Shown: positions 25,393-40,143, counted from the first letter of the whole stretch. The stretch: DNA of 63,708 nucleotides, filler included, from Octopus bimaculoides (GCF_001194135.2; 6 parts of 6 records of this genome joined end to end with filler, not necessarily neighbours in it); one strand, 5' to 3'. Translations and numbers: made by a program. Notes: generated by a model from the letters alone, not told the origin.

Positions 25393-26033
25393 ATGGAAGT
25401 AACAAAGGAGCATATTCGGCATATTTTGCTTTATGAGTTCAATAAAAATAACAACGCAACGTAAAGTGCGAGCAATATTAATGCAGTATATGTGGATCGG
25501 ACAATAAGCATAAGCAAGTGTCAACGGGGGTTCTNNNNNNNNNNNNNNNNNNNNNNNNNNNNNNNNAGACTATAAGACGAGCCTCGCTCTGGAAGATCTG
25601 TAGAGCTCGACGAGGACGTCCTGCAAACCCTGGTGGGACAAAATCCCATCATAATTGTTGAGGAGCTAGCAGAGAAGCATGGATTTGTTCATATAATTAT
25701 ATACATACATACACATATGCATACATACATACGTATATANNNNNNNNNNAGTAACAAAGGAGCATATTCGGCATATTTTGCTTTATGAGTTCAATAAAAA
25801 TAACAACGCAACGTAAAGTGCGAGCAATATTAATGCAGTATATGTGGATCGGACAATAAGCATAAGCAAGTGTCAACGGGGGTTCTGGAAATTCCGTGCC
25901 GGAGCTACAGACTATAAGACGAGCCTCGCTCTGGAAGATCTGTAGAGCTCGACGAGGACGTCCTGCAAACCCTGGTGGGACAAAATCCCATCATAATTGT
26001 TGAGGAGCTAGCAGAGAAGCATGGATTTGTTCA
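25393..26033 (+). mobile_element. mariner (Mos1/Hsmar-like) transposase 5' fragment, present twice across a short gap
   Basis: MEVTKEHIRHILLYEFNK...DRTISISKCQRGFWKFRAG / DEPRSGRSVELDEDVLQTLVGQNP...EELAEK. Copies at 25393-25692 and 25750-26033 look identical. Confidence 0.85.
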
Positions 26034-26132
26034 TATAATTATATACATACATACACATATGCATACATACATACGTATANNNNNNNNNNNNNNNNNNNNN
26101 NNNNNNNNNNNNNNNNNNNNNNNNNNNNNNNN

Positions 26133-26192
<60 letters not shown>

Positions 26193-28162
26193 CATGCATA
26201 TATACATATATCCCTACTATCGACAGCAGCAATACCAATATAGAACGCTGAATACTGAGTCATTTACCATGAGGAGACAGCTCATCCGGATTTCTCATAT
26301 GGCCTATATAAATATGAGTGGATACAAGTGATCATATTTATATCGCTGACAGATGTGAATCGTTTGCTACGAACGCCAGAACTGCCAGATCACATGATTT
26401 CGACGTACTCCGTCTCTTCAGTGTCATACGTCTGATAGCCGCATGCAGACATACCTCACTACCAGCGATGTATAGAATTTCAGTGACTGTTCAGGCACTG
26501 ATGTCCCAAATAGCTAATAGGCTTATTAGAAAATAATTATTAAGGACAGATACAGTATTAATATGGAAAGTATCCCACAATGCTTCTAAAAGCAGAGAAA
26601 GGAGCAGATACAAAAGTTTAGGGAAAGAGATGGATCAATCGCAGTACAAGACTGCTATCATATATTTATCGAAACTGAAATGCTTAAATGCAAATCTAAC
26701 TTCTGCTTGATTTGAAACCAGACTGCAGAGATCCAGAACAATTACAGAAAAAGCAATTTATCCAACACTTCAACAACTCTCTCAGTTGAACTCAAAATGC
26801 TTCTACATTTTTACATGTGCGTATGTGTGTATGTGTGTGTATGTGTGTGTATGCTTGTGTATGTGTGCGTGGATATGTGTGTGTATGAGTATGTATGCGT
26901 GACTATGTATCTGTATGAGTATGTGTGTGTATACTTGTGTATGTGAGTGTGTATGTGTGCGTACGTGAGTGTGTGTATGCGTACGTGTGCGTGAATATAT
27001 TTTTAGAATGATAGAAAGATATGTATGTTCTACATGTGTGTCCAGAGTGTGTGTCTGCCTGCGTATGTGTAATGAGAATTAGAATTTATATTGACAATAA
27101 ATTTCAGTTTCTTTTACATTTTTGGTATTTATGGTATAAACGCTGTATGCGTTTCTTGCCTGTCTGCGTATATATCTGTTAGTATGTGTGTTCTGGGTGT
27201 GTGTGCATATGCACACATCTTCAAGAGGCACTTAAAATGTTCATGCCATAAAGAGAATGCAATACGGAAAGAAAAAACGAACAAACGAACAAAACATACT
27301 GCATATATAAATTCCACTATTTAGAAATAAATTAAGTCTTTACAATATTATCTCCATTGTCGGTTGCATACTCTTCTGCACGTTTACGCCAGCTATAAAA
27401 TGCAGTTGCAAAAAATATATATCTGGCACTTTCTCTACATTGAGGTTTTTAAATTCTTTTTTAATTACTACAATACTTCATAAATATGTTACTTTAAATT
27501 TCTTTTGCTCTTGAGAAAGAGATATGAAAACTGCACGGTACTAGCTCGGTACTATAAGGAGACAGCGGAACAACTGTACAATGCATGTCTGCATGCAGAA
27601 ATAAATAGAAACACTTATTGATTGATGGATGCACACGTAAATGTAGATAGTTACATGGATGATACACGCATTAATATGAGCATGTACATGTATATCTATA
27701 AGCTTACTATCATTCTTTCGTTCACTTGATTAAATTTATACACACACGAGAATACAGCACAGACACACGTAGACGTTTTTATACACAAAAATGCATGCAT
27801 AAATACATACATACGTACATACATACATGTATATATGTATGTTTGGTACGCATATATGTCTCTTTAATTTTTCATCTTCTACTTGTTTCAGTTATTAGAC
27901 TCTGCAGCCATTCCTGGTGGAACCACCTTCAGGAGTTTTAGTCGAAAGAATTGACTCCATTACTTATATTATTTTTATATTCTATCGTTTCCTTTGGCCG
28001 AACCGCGAAGTTACAGGGATGTAAACATATCAACACTGTTCGTCAAGTGATGGTGGGGAAGGGCAAACACAGACAAAGACACACACACACACAGGCACAC
28101 ACAAGTACTCATGCATTTATATATTCGTCTTTGTCTCTCTCCCTCTCTCTTACTCTCTCTCC

Positions 28163-28219
<57 letters not shown>

Positions 28220-28407
28220 TCTCTTTTCCTCTTTCTCTCCTCCTATCCTCGAGATCCTTCACCTATACACACATTTATCCGGCTAACTTTGTCGCTGGCT
28301 TACTGCTCTACCTACATATATTTAAGTATTTCCATCAATTCCTTCACGTTTTGAAATGTTTTACGTGAGGACGGTTTACGTAATGGATGCAAATCATATA
28401 TATATTA

Positions 28408-29500
28408 TACTAGCGAAGGCACCCGTCTTTTGGACAGTTTAAGTTGCTTTGGTGGTATTCTTTTCACCAAATAATTGAACTACTGAGAAGGCAATCTATG
28501 TTTCCGATTAAACTAGGAACGGAAAATCAAATTGACGGCTGATTATTGTGGAGGTCGTTGCACTTTAATAATCATACAACATATAAGTTTGCAAGCAAAG
28601 CAAAGCAGAGCTACAGAAGTGTTTTGGGAGTAAATTATGGATAATTACTACAAAATATAGTTGCTTTAGATGAAAGCGAAATTTCTTGTCAGAAACAACC
28701 ATATAAATGGTGTAAGGAAATTGAAGGAAGACGTTGAAATTTCCCCTCTGCGAGTTTATTTTATTCAACAGCAAAAGCAGCTATTTTGAAGGAGAGATAA
28801 GCTAACAAAAGCCGCTTTATTCTGTTTTCCCACTTGGCCTGCGCATAAAGTAACAGCGAGTGCTGTATAAAGTTAAATTGGTATGGAGCTTTCTGAAAGA
28901 TGTTTATAGCTTTCGCTAGTGGAAGCAAACCTCTTATTTAAAGGTTCTTTGGGACGAATCATATGTGATTGTTTAAAAAAGACAAGAACGACAACGCTAA
29001 AACGTATTTGAAACAATCGAAAATTGTTGAAATATCATAATGGATGGGCAAATAAGCATCATTAAAGTGAAACAACGCACTGGTAGGTAAACAAAGGTAT
29101 CAACAAATGCAGGAGAGGGAAGGGACCATCACCCTTCAAGTAACTCAGAATAGGTAAAGGTAAGCTTGCCAAAGTTTAATGCAGTTTAAATATGGAGTCT
29201 AAGATTGCTTTGTATTGGATATTCATTGCACACAGTGTTCCTAGTCAATTTAATCACTGTGGCAGGTGGACAGTCGAAATAAATAAATAGACAAAATCCT
29301 TTCACTTTAATAAAAAGACTTAAAATGTATGGAAGACCCTACATACGAAAAAAACAATGTACATTATTTAGGTCCATTTTCGCGGAAGATCTGAGCAAAA
29401 TATTTAGTGGATGGCTATTCTTGAGACATAAGTAATATGTGTGTAAATTTTCGTGAAAATCGGTTGAGAATTGTGGAAATGTATGTGTTGTGCGTTCCTA
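28408..29500 (+). mobile_element. Possible non-autonomous Helentron/DINE-like element
   Basis: Begins tatactagcgaaggcacccgtc and ends with the typical tgtgtgtaaattttcgtgaaaatcggttgagaattgtgga block. Confidence 0.35.
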
Positions 29501-30582
29501 ATTGTATGTGTTGTGCGTCTAGAGTAAAGGACCCTGAGGAAACTGCACCGACCATTCACAAGCACGATTGCATACACACAACCACTGAATATCACAGTGA
29601 AATTACGAAATTAAAGCCAACGTCGGAGCCAGTACGCGATCACTGCATTTGTGTTCCATTATTTGGATAGTTCGGGTCCCAAACCTTATAAGGAATATTT
29701 TATTTTCAATTCTGGTTTACCAACTGCTACTCTTTTTGAAAATGATTTTAAGAATTAGACGTAATATATTTTGCTCCGTAGTTTATTCAAATTAAGTAAA
29801 ACATTTTCATATTTACAAGATAAGATATATATATGTCTTTGATGTGTTTGCATTAGATAAATAGAATTCGCACAGCTATTACGTATTTTAGGAAATGCAG
29901 TATTGATATTCAATACCTGGTTGCTATAAATGCCTTCGATTACGATTTCCTTTATTACAGGAAATCTAACATTTCAAGGTAAACGCAAGAGAATACAGTT
30001 AGAGCAAACAAGCGTTCATGGAAGAAATTTTTCGGTCAATTATAGATAGTTTCTGGCCGGTATAACGCCTTGTTTTATGGGATTTTACTGACATGTACAT
30101 ACTCATACATACATAAGCATACACGCGCCCGTACACAGGCATGCATACACAAACATGGGTGCGCACACACTCAGACACACACACATATGTATATATAGGT
30201 GTATACTTATATGCATATTCAAATATGTATGCGTATGCAGGGATGTTACTGAAGAGTGCGGGCGTTGCATGCCGCAAGCGCACAATAGGGTTCGAATGCA
30301 TATGTAAAGTCTCCAATTTCGTATAAATTCTGTAATTTTCTGAAAAACGTAATGGAATAAAACTTGCACAAAATTATTGTGAATCAGAAAAGAAATACAA
30401 GACTTTGGCCAGTTTTATATTTTACGAGTTTAGTAAACTTGCAATAGCAAACTGGAAAATAAATTAGCTTTCATTATTGCTTTAAATATATTAAAAGAGA
30501 TGTTGGTTTCAGTGTTTCCTCTTCTTCTCTTTCTGAAGAAGATTCTACAACAGCTGGATGCGTTTTCAAATTCACCTCACAA

Positions 30583-30678
30583 TTACATCGTTCTCTTTAT
30601 GTTCAAATCTTTATCTATTGTCACTTGCTTTCTATTTTCGAATTCCTTAATTACGAATACTTTCGTTTGCCTCTCCAT
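30583..30678 (-). pseudogene. Possible pogo/Tigger CENP-B-type HTH remnant
   Basis: MERQTKVFVIKEFENRKQVTIDKDLNIKRTM resembles the ETK..IIK..E.GK....IARDL.L..ST pattern. Confidence 0.3.
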
Positions 30679-32250
30679 TTCATTTGTTTCACCGTCCCCA
30701 TTATTCTCACATAATGGGTGTTGCTGCTCTGATATCAAGAGAACCCACCAAACTTTTTTGCGCTGTAATGAAAAATATTTTTCAAATCAACTTTCATATT
30801 GCTGCTGTTGCATCACGCTGTTTATTCATATTTTCCAACGCATTTTGTAACATTAATTACATTTCGATTTCAACGGCATCGGGAGAAGTTTTACATACGC
30901 GGTAGGATGTTAATATTACGATCACCTCTTGATATCTGGTGGTAAAAATACAACTTTAATATTTTGACTTGTTCCTTTGTGAAGTTGTATAATCCAGAGC
31001 ATTGTATAAACTTAATGAAATTTAAAAATCTAAATTCATATTTATTTAGACCTCAGCGTAAAAAATAATTCTTGAATCAATCTAAAAATAAAGAATTTAT
31101 AATGCATTAGTTTGTGTTGGAATTGTATAATCTTTTTCAAGTCTACAGCAGGAAATACCCGCTATAGACTTTAAAGACATGTCAGATTTTGAATATTTGT
31201 CAACATGTATTTCGATTTTAAATAATCAGCTGAATTTCCGCTACATTAACTTTCAGTTACAATTTTTTCTGCATTCGTCAAGCAAGTTTTAGTATATATC
31301 CGTTGCAAGGCGGGCAAAATGCTTAGCGGTATTTCGTTCGTCTTTACATTGTTTTTAAATTCCACCGAGGTCAGCTTTGCCTTTCAATTTCAAACGGGTC
31401 GATAACGTAGTTACTTGTAGAGCACTGGGGGCCGAGGTAATCCACTTACCTCCTACTCGGAAATTTCAGGCCTTGTGCCTCTAGAAACGAGTATGTATAT
31501 GTTTCCATAGCAATGCCGTTTCGTCAGCTCTTATAATTCTATTGATCAACATGACCATCGTCTTCAATACGGTTATGTTTTTCTTATTCAGCGTGATACC
31601 AGAACAGTGTATCATTCTCCTCACTTACAATCTCCCTTAGAACCCTAATATCAAAAGCCACATCGCTTTTTTTTTCTTATCATTTTTATAAATGTATAGA
31701 CATTTCAAGGCATCCACATTTTACAAAATATTTCATTGCTTTCGTTTCATCAACTTCATATTCTTTTTGTTTTCTTTGAATTGCTGCTAACAAGCAATAA
31801 TTAATTGGAGAAATACACTTTCGATTGTAATATTCGATGCAAACTGTCAAGAGACAACCCATTTCACTTAGTAAAACGTTTTAAGTGTTTTGTATCACGT
31901 CGTTTGGAAACACAAAGATGAATCAAACAGGCCCTGATCTTTATAAGGCTCCATATTGATGTTCTGAATGATAAATTTCACATTATTGATTTGTCTCCGG
32001 CTAATTTACCTTTAGTAGTGCTACGCTCATTCTTGTCAATATTATGACTTTCTTGCTCTTTTGAGTAACTTCACCAGTTATACTAGCGGTTCTCATTTGC
32101 TTTGAACATATAATAGATGGAGTATCTGGAAATACAATAAAATACTGGTTAACGCGGTTTCGAGTAATATATTGCTCCTATTAAGACCGAAACACATATA
32201 CACGTACACACCCACACACACGTACATACATACATACATACATACATACA

Positions 32251-32320
<70 letters not shown>

Positions 32321-32340
32321 TGTGTGTGTGTGTACATATA

Positions 32341-32656
32341 TATTGTTATATTTCTGAATGGTCATTTTTTTTTTCCAAATAATCACACTCGCTATATATT
32401 CGTTCTTCACTCGTTTATTACTGTTCTTTTTTTATCTTATCTCCATTCTCAGGAAATCGTTCGTCACACATTTGTGACCTCTTCAGCGACCTTTTCCATA
32501 CACGTGTATCCTCCTGCTCTGCTAAGTACATGTGATGAAAGATTTCCAGACAATGGACATAAGATAAAATAAGAACAGTAATAAGCGAGTGAAGGACAAA
32601 CATACAGTGCATGTGTTTATTTTTTTTTAAAATGACCATCCCGAAATATAACTATA
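32341..32656. mobile_element. Palindromic MITE-like element, ~130 bp arms, ~55 bp loop
   Basis: The two arms align by eye at roughly 80%. The ORF track shows near-identical peptides on both strands (FVLHS.ITVL.LSY...CDERFP.NG.KIK). Confidence 0.85.
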
Positions 32657-32721
32657 TCTGTTTCAACATATTGTTTCACATCAAGAATCTTGCAAAACAG
32701 TTTCATAAACGTGTGTGTGGG

Positions 32722-32769
<48 letters not shown>

Positions 32770-33399
32770 GACAGAGACACAGCGAGAGAGAGAACAATTT
32801 GCCAAATATTAAGTTTATAAAACGACGAAGCAAAGCTACAGAATTATCATTAGCTAACAAAACAGGAGATTCAATGTGAAAAACGACAACATTATTTTTC
32901 AATTTGTTTGTTAATGCGTTCACTAAACCAGAGTTTCCGACTTCTTACGCTCCGTATTCGAAGTTCTGTGTCAGACAACCTAACTCATAGTATTAGAAAT
33001 AACGGTATTCTACCCGAGGCAATCACAGTAAATGTTGAATAAAATTATAAAAGAAATTATCTTTGATTAATGGTGTCTTATTAATGTTCGTCTTTGTTCT
33101 TTTATGATCGCAGTTCTTTGACTGTTTCAGCCTTTTAGTCTTTTCCTTGTTAATGGCTGTCTGTATTCGAGTGTATTGTATTCATTAAGATTGTTTGCTT
33201 CGTTAGCAGTGACGATGATGCTAGGGTTGGTGAGGGTAGTGATGATTAATTCATTAGAGTTCTTAGAAATATGATTGAATTGAAGAAATGGGTTAAATGA
33301 AGGCGATATGGATCAGGGTAATATGCAATTTAAGGATCTTATAGAATTAAAGAATAATGCAAAACCGTTTTTGAATTGGAGAACAGTGGATAGAATCTG

Positions 33400-33640
33400 A
33401 TCTTCAGTAAATCGACATTTGATTGAATTTCGTTAAAGGAGTAGTTAATTGTGACTGATCGAATAAACAATTGATCGAATTTAACCTGTGGGCAGAAGAT
33501 CGAAATTTATCAAGTGAACAGTTGGTGGAATTTCTTCAAATGTTCACTTGATCCAATTTGAGTGAGAAGACGACGGCAATTTATTTGGTAGACAACTGAT
33601 CAAATTTCATCAAGTCGACCAGTGATCGATGTCGAAACTA
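33400..33640. repeat. Degenerate ~25 bp tandem repeat (GACAACTGATCAAATTTCATCAAGT-like)
   Basis: Recurrent tgatcgaattt / gatcgaaattt / tgatccaattt / tgatcaaattt at about 25 bp spacing. Confidence 0.45.
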
Positions 33641-34645
33641 TAAGTAATAATATATGAAAAACAATCTACAGGCTGAGTAATATGATAAACCTGTCAGTTG
33701 ATTGAATTAAGGACTTTTGTTTCTCTTTTTATCCCATCTTTTTTTTATTAACATTAAGGACGTTCAATTCTCGAAACTTCTATTTGGCACCTTAATTGAT
33801 ATGAGCCAACATATCTTTATTTTATTGATCATACCAAGCTAATTCTACCCAGGCTTGGTCTTTCATACATTGCATATGTAAAGATAAAATTTTATGAGTA
33901 TATTTCGAGTTGAATCATTGGTGTAACCATGATCTTCTGGTGGTGGTCTGATGAACTAGCTTTCTTTATTTGCATTGATTTGTGAATATACTATTGTATA
34001 GTATAATGCATTGCAGGCATATTAATACAGACGTGTAATCATAAGCTATTATATGCTGTAATTATTATTACACGAGGAAGACTATGAAGCTTAAGCAATT
34101 ACTAGTATTATCTGAACTAACGCTGCGGGATTCCTGAAGTAGATCTAACGGAAATATATCCCGACTGCAGATGGCCCCGGGTAGCCAAAACTGTACCAGT
34201 GCCCTACTCAACACTTCAACACACTAATAGACATATACTCATTAACAGATATTAAATATATATATATATATATATATATANNNNNNNNNNNNNNNNNNNN
34301 NNNNNNNNNNNNNNNNNNNNNNNNNNNNNNNNNNNNNNNTATATAATGGGCTTCTTTCAGTTTTCGTCTACCAGATCCATTCACAAGGCTTTCGTCGGTC
34401 CCCGGCTATAGTAGAAGACATTTGCCCAAGGTGCCACGCAGTGGGACTGAACCTTCAACCATATGGCTGGGAAGCAAGCTTACACACACACTCACACACA
34501 CACACACATATATATATGTATATATATAAATATGTATATACATATATATATACACATATGTGCATATATACGTATACATAAACATATGCATGCATATATA
34601 TATATACATATATTCATTCATTCATCTAACTATATCTGTGTGTAT

Positions 34646-34677
<32 letters not shown>

Positions 34678-34796
34678 ATGTATGTATATGTATATACATA
34701 TAGATATATAGTCACATATTTACATTTCTCCTTCTCTCTCTTTATATGTATATTTGTGTGTGTATGTGTGTGCGTGTGTGTATATATGTGTGTGTG

Positions 34797-34879
<83 letters not shown>

Positions 34880-34889
34880 NNNNNNNNNN

Positions 34890-34939
<50 letters not shown>

Positions 34940-37431
34940 CTACAAACAGACAAACAAACATACAGCGTGTGCATAAAAAACAAAGAAGACAAATCGGCAT
35001 ATTTGCAAATTATTCTCCATTGTACTTGATTGAAATATCGTTTTTTAATTTTCATCAGATACTTTTATCTAATTAATGTGCATTAGGCTGTCATAAATGA
35101 TTGCAAACCGTTCGTTGATTTCGCGTATAATTTACATGTACGTTTGTCTAGCTCAGCATTTTTACACACACAATTCATATATCTATGTATCATGTATGTA
35201 TTTTTTACATTTTTGGTGATCAATAAAGCAATATCGGAAACTCTGTATCGATTTGTATTAACTAGTTGGGGGAGATATTATGACTGTAACCAAACAATAC
35301 TATACTACTGATTTCTCTTCCTTTTTTTTTAAATTCATTGATGAAAATCGAAGCCAAACATTGTGCAATTTGATCTCAACTCAGGTTTGTATGGAAATTC
35401 ATTTTCTATATTATTACTTTCTTGTTTAAGTCATATTACCTGTCCTACCGGGCAACAGAATTCTATGTAGTCAGGAATATTTATATGTAATATATAAGTG
35501 AGAGGACAACTGAAAGAAAATGTCCCTCAACACCTTTAGTGGCAGTTAATAATAAATAATTGGACTCAGCTCCATCTGCTTACGGTTTCGTATGTTCGTT
35601 CTACGAGCCGACGATACGTTAAGTTGCATGGAGCGCTGAGTCGATCTGCTATATATATATATATATATATATATATNNNNNNNNNNNNNNNNNNNNNNNN
35701 NNNNNNNNNNNNNNNNNNNNNNNNNNNNNNNNNNNNNNNNNNNNNNNNNNNNNNNNNNNNNNNNNNNNNNNNNNNNNNNNNNNNAGAGAGAGAGAGAGAG
35801 AGATAGGTAGATAGATAGATATACAATGTGTAAGTATAATGATACGTACAATTGTTCGTGATTGTAGATTATACATATACAATTAAAAGTTATTTTTAAT
35901 TTTATCTTCTATTTTCATAATAAAAATCTATTGTATGTATTTTATAAACAAAGTCTCTCTCGAAATCATTTCTGTGTTATTTAATGTTTTAGTAAAATTA
36001 GGGTTATTCTAACACTACGTTTTCAGTTCAAATTCTCACGGTGTCAAGTTTGTCTTTCGTCATTTCGAGGTCAATAAAAAAAATTAGTACCAGTTAAATA
36101 CTGATGTGGATAGTATCGACTAACCCTTTGTCCACCTTATGTAACGAGAAACTTATTTTCCATTTTCTCCCATATTACACGGAAATCAATAAGCATAAGA
36201 TGTAGCGAGAAACGCTTTGGGTTAACCAGTGTCAGTTCCTAAAAATAGCAACCAAATCACAACTAAATATTTGCTTATAGCCTTAATTTAAAAAAGAAGG
36301 CTTACTTATTAATGTAGATCTAGATATTACTAAATAGACGCAATGGGCAAAACTGGAATGCCTTTAATGGTGTTGAATAACCTATTACCTTCAGTATTGC
36401 TGGCCTTGTGACCAAATTAGAAACAATTATTGAATCTAGGAGTCAAGTGGCCGAGCTTATCTGTAAAATATAAGCATGAGTCTTTAGACGTTTTGAGAAA
36501 TGTATAAAGGTTCATCGACAATAGCAGATCGTTAATCCAGGAATACAGCATGCCTCGTTGCCTCTACTACTAAAAATTTCAGGTACATCAACGTACAAAA
36601 AAACATTAGCTCAACAAGACATAAACCATAATGAGAGTGAATGTAAAGTGTTGCTCGGTACGCAAGAAATATCATCCAAGTTTTACTTAAAACATACAAT
36701 TCTGTTTTTAGAAACGAAGAAAAAGATTGGATGATCATGGCACATTAGGAGCTGTACTTAGCTAACTAGGTTAGAAAACCAAAGATTATAGGAGCAGCGT
36801 CGTAGCATCAGAAAAGATCAGAGGGAAGGACGCCCAATGTGTTTGTAATATAGGATAATATTTCATATTTGTTCACATGACTTTTCATCGCATTGTATTT
36901 CTGTTTCGTGTTTGCAGTGGAGATTAATTTTTAAAACGTCACAGGAAGCGTGGTAAATTATAAACACAAAAAGTTGATACAAAATTAAGCAGGCACAGTC
37001 ATATAATGCTGCGTTAGTCAGATTATTTTCACCATAAATTTCAACCAGCATAAATTTATAAACAAATAGATAAAGAGGGAAAAAATTGAATTAGATAATT
37101 CAAAGAAGCGAAAGATTAAGATGAAGTGACGAGAAGATCAAACAATGAAGTCACTATTCTCTTATCAATTAATAAATTATTGAACTAATTAAACAATTTC
37201 AATCACTGATTTCTCAAGATATTTAATTGTATATTTTCATTAGATTTTTATGAGTTTGTTTCCTGATCTTCGTGATCTTCTAAACTATAAAAACAATTTA
37301 ATGTGACGGATCATTGTAAAGAGTTAACACTGAGTACACCCCCACCAAACTCACACACACACACACAATCACGTGGGTGTACGAGTAGTTGTATATATGG
37401 AATCTCGTCCTCTTATAAGAAAAACAAAAGA

Positions 37432-37611
37432 AACGTGTTAATCTTTCGCTATTGGAATGTTAGAAGTTTACAAGACAGCAAAGAGAGTCTGGAACGAAAC
37501 ACAGTACCAATTGCAATAGGAATCGGCTCCCTCAATATTGATCTTGCTGTTCTCAGTGAAACCAGGCTTGTAGACACTCACGAATTAGAAGTTGGAAGTG
37601 GCTATACATTT
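37432..37611 (+). mobile_element. RTE (BovB-like) LINE apurinic endonuclease N-terminal fragment
   Basis: WNVRSLQDSKESLERNTVPIAIGIGSLNIDLAVLSETRLVDTHELEVGSGYTF matches WNVRTL.D....ERRTA.IA.EL...NIDIAALSETRL.....L.EVG.GYTF. Confidence 0.85.
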
Positions 37612-37941
37612 GGGGGGGGGGCGGAAATCCGGCAGACGAGCCAATAATTTATGTTTGTTGGTTTTTGCCATTGAATCGACTCAACTTTGTATGTTTCCAT
37701 CCGTCCCGGAAAGGGTTGATAAGCGTTTCATTACATTCTGTAAAGTCATAGGTAATGCTGAAGAACCGCCTTAAAGGGTGTTAGTCGAAGAAATCGACCC
37801 CAGGACATATTGTATGTAAGCCTAGTAATTATTCTATCGTTTACTTTTGCTTAACCGCTAAGTTACGGAGACATAGACACACCAGCATCGATTGTCGAGC
37901 GATAGTGGTGGGGACAAACACACACACACGCACACATACAC

Positions 37942-37974
<33 letters not shown>

Positions 37975-38169
37975 TACGGTGGGCTTCCAGTTTTCGTCTA
38001 CCAAACCCACTAACAAGGCTTTGGTCGGTCCGAGGCTGTAGTAGAAGACTCTTGCCCAATGGGCCATGCAGTGGGATTGAAGCCGGAACCATGTGTATAC
38101 ACATATACACCAGTCGCCATGCTTGATCGTTAAATCCACAAGATTTTTTAATTCTTTCTCTGTTTATTT

Positions 38170-38206
38170 CTTTCTGTTGAAGACAGTAGGCTCGAAACGT
38201 GAAAAA
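38170..38206 (+). ncRNA. Degenerate minimal type I hammerhead motif inside a PLE-LTR-like repeat
   Basis: CUUU-CUGUUGA-A-GACAGUAGGCUC-GAAA-CG-UG-AAAA. The A6 position is mutated and the cleavage site is UG, so it is probably inactive. Confidence 0.5.
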
Positions 38207-38485
38207 CTTTCTCGCTTTCCCGAGCGTCAAACTAATACACCTGTTTGTTCTTCATACACCTGTCATCGTCTTTTGTTTTTCTGTAAGTTTCAACAACACA
38301 CACACATACATATCGATAAATCGATAAATTCGATTGGAGGTTGTGCTAACCTCTTGAAGGGATGGCTTCTTCCAAGGAAATACTGGTTTAATGCCTAGTA
38401 TTTGGGGGGAATTAATTTCCTTAAAATAATTGGTATATATATATAAAAACATAGTTTATACTTATATAAAAGAAGTTAAAAATTC

Positions 38486-38829
38486 TTTATTATTAACAGC
38501 AAATTAATCATCATCCCTTACAGCTGTTTCAATTAATAATCAGTATATACTGAGGAAATATTAAACTTATATTTATATGACCTAAGCATAATATCTTCAG
38601 AGGGAAAAAATATATCCTTGAATGTATTATATGTGTTTATGGATTCCTTATAACAGACAAATTTAATGAATATAATGCTATAATGAATCCATAAACACAT
38701 ATAAAACATCCAAGGGTATATTTTTCCCCCTTTGAAGATATTATGCTCAGCTCATATAAATTTAATATTTACTGAGTATTAATTGAAACAGCTGTAAGGG
38801 ATGATGATTAATTTGCTGTTAATAATAAA
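38486..38829. mobile_element. Near-perfect long palindrome, ~150-160 bp arms, ~38 bp loop
   Basis: tttattattaacagcaaattaatcatcatcccttacagctgtttcaattaat is mirrored exactly at the right end. Arms run inward to tatggattc / gaatccata. Confidence 0.9.
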
Positions 38830-39617
38830 CAATTAACTTCCTAATCTCCATTTTTTCTTTTTCTTTTTATATGTGTGTGTATACATTCATACATACGCAT
38901 ATATATATATAAATACTTGTATGCATATATATACATGCATACCTACAAACAAAAACACACGCGCACACACGCACATACATACACACACACATTCACACAC
39001 AAAGGTGGCGAGCTACTAGAATTGTTGGCGCTTCGGTAAAAAATGCTTAGCAACATTTCTTCCGGCCCTTTACGATGTGTGTTTAAATGTTATTGTTGTC
39101 AACCCTGTCTTTAATTTATTTCGGTGTCGAAAATAACCTGTAACAATCAAGTTATGAGGTAGAAATAGTCGTCAACTTATTCTTTTCCTTCAAAATTGCT
39201 AGGCTTGTGCTAAATTTAGAATTTTATGAATATATTTATATGTGTGTGTGTGTTTATGTTTCTTTGTGTCTGTGTTTTCCTCTCTCCACTGCTTGATAAC
39301 CGGTATTAGTGTGCTTACGTCTCCGTAACTCAGTGGTTCGATGGAAGAATTGACAGTGTAAATACCTGACTTTAAAAAATTGAGTAGTGGGGTCGATAAT
39401 TCGACTAAAATTTGAAGCCCATGTCCTAGCATGGCCGAAATCAAATGACTAAAAGAATATATATGCCTAGAGAGACAGAGGGGAGAGAGAAGGAGAGAGT
39501 GGGAGAGAGAGACAGAGTAAGAGAGATGTAATTTAAAGATATATTGATAAATGCATTAAAGACTATATTTGTGTAAATATATATGTATCAAAATATACAT
39601 ATGATTGGAATGTGTAC

Positions 39618-39653
<36 letters not shown>

Positions 39654-40094
39654 TATGGTGGTTGTGGTGTGTATGTGTGTGTGTGTATGTTTCTACATTT
39701 TTAATCATTCAGACGCGTTCAACATTATGTGACATGGCATTATTGATTTTCGATATTAATTCAAACCAAAAGAATTCAGAACTGCGGCAGTGGAATTCAA
39801 GAACTAATGACAAAAACTATGATAGAGATCTGGAATTTGCAGCTCAGCATGATATTCCGATCAATAAACATTCAGTAGTATTACACATAGCACCATCCAT
39901 ATCTTGATTTCAAGCATTTTTCACCTGCTGTCATAAAATAGGTAAATGACTCACCTGTTAGCATGTTTTTTTTTTTTCTTAGCGTCGTTTTTCTTCATTT
40001 TTTTATAGTTGATTAATATTTATCTTTGTTAATATCTTGCTATAAATATATAATATATCATATACCTATGTGTGTGTGTGTGTGTGTGTGTGTT

Positions 40095-40143
<49 letters not shown>

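Noticed and set aside
25393-26078. Tandem duplication of a mariner fragment
   Set aside because: Apparently identical copies, including the trailing microsatellite, flank an ~11 bp gap. This is most likely unmerged contig overlap.
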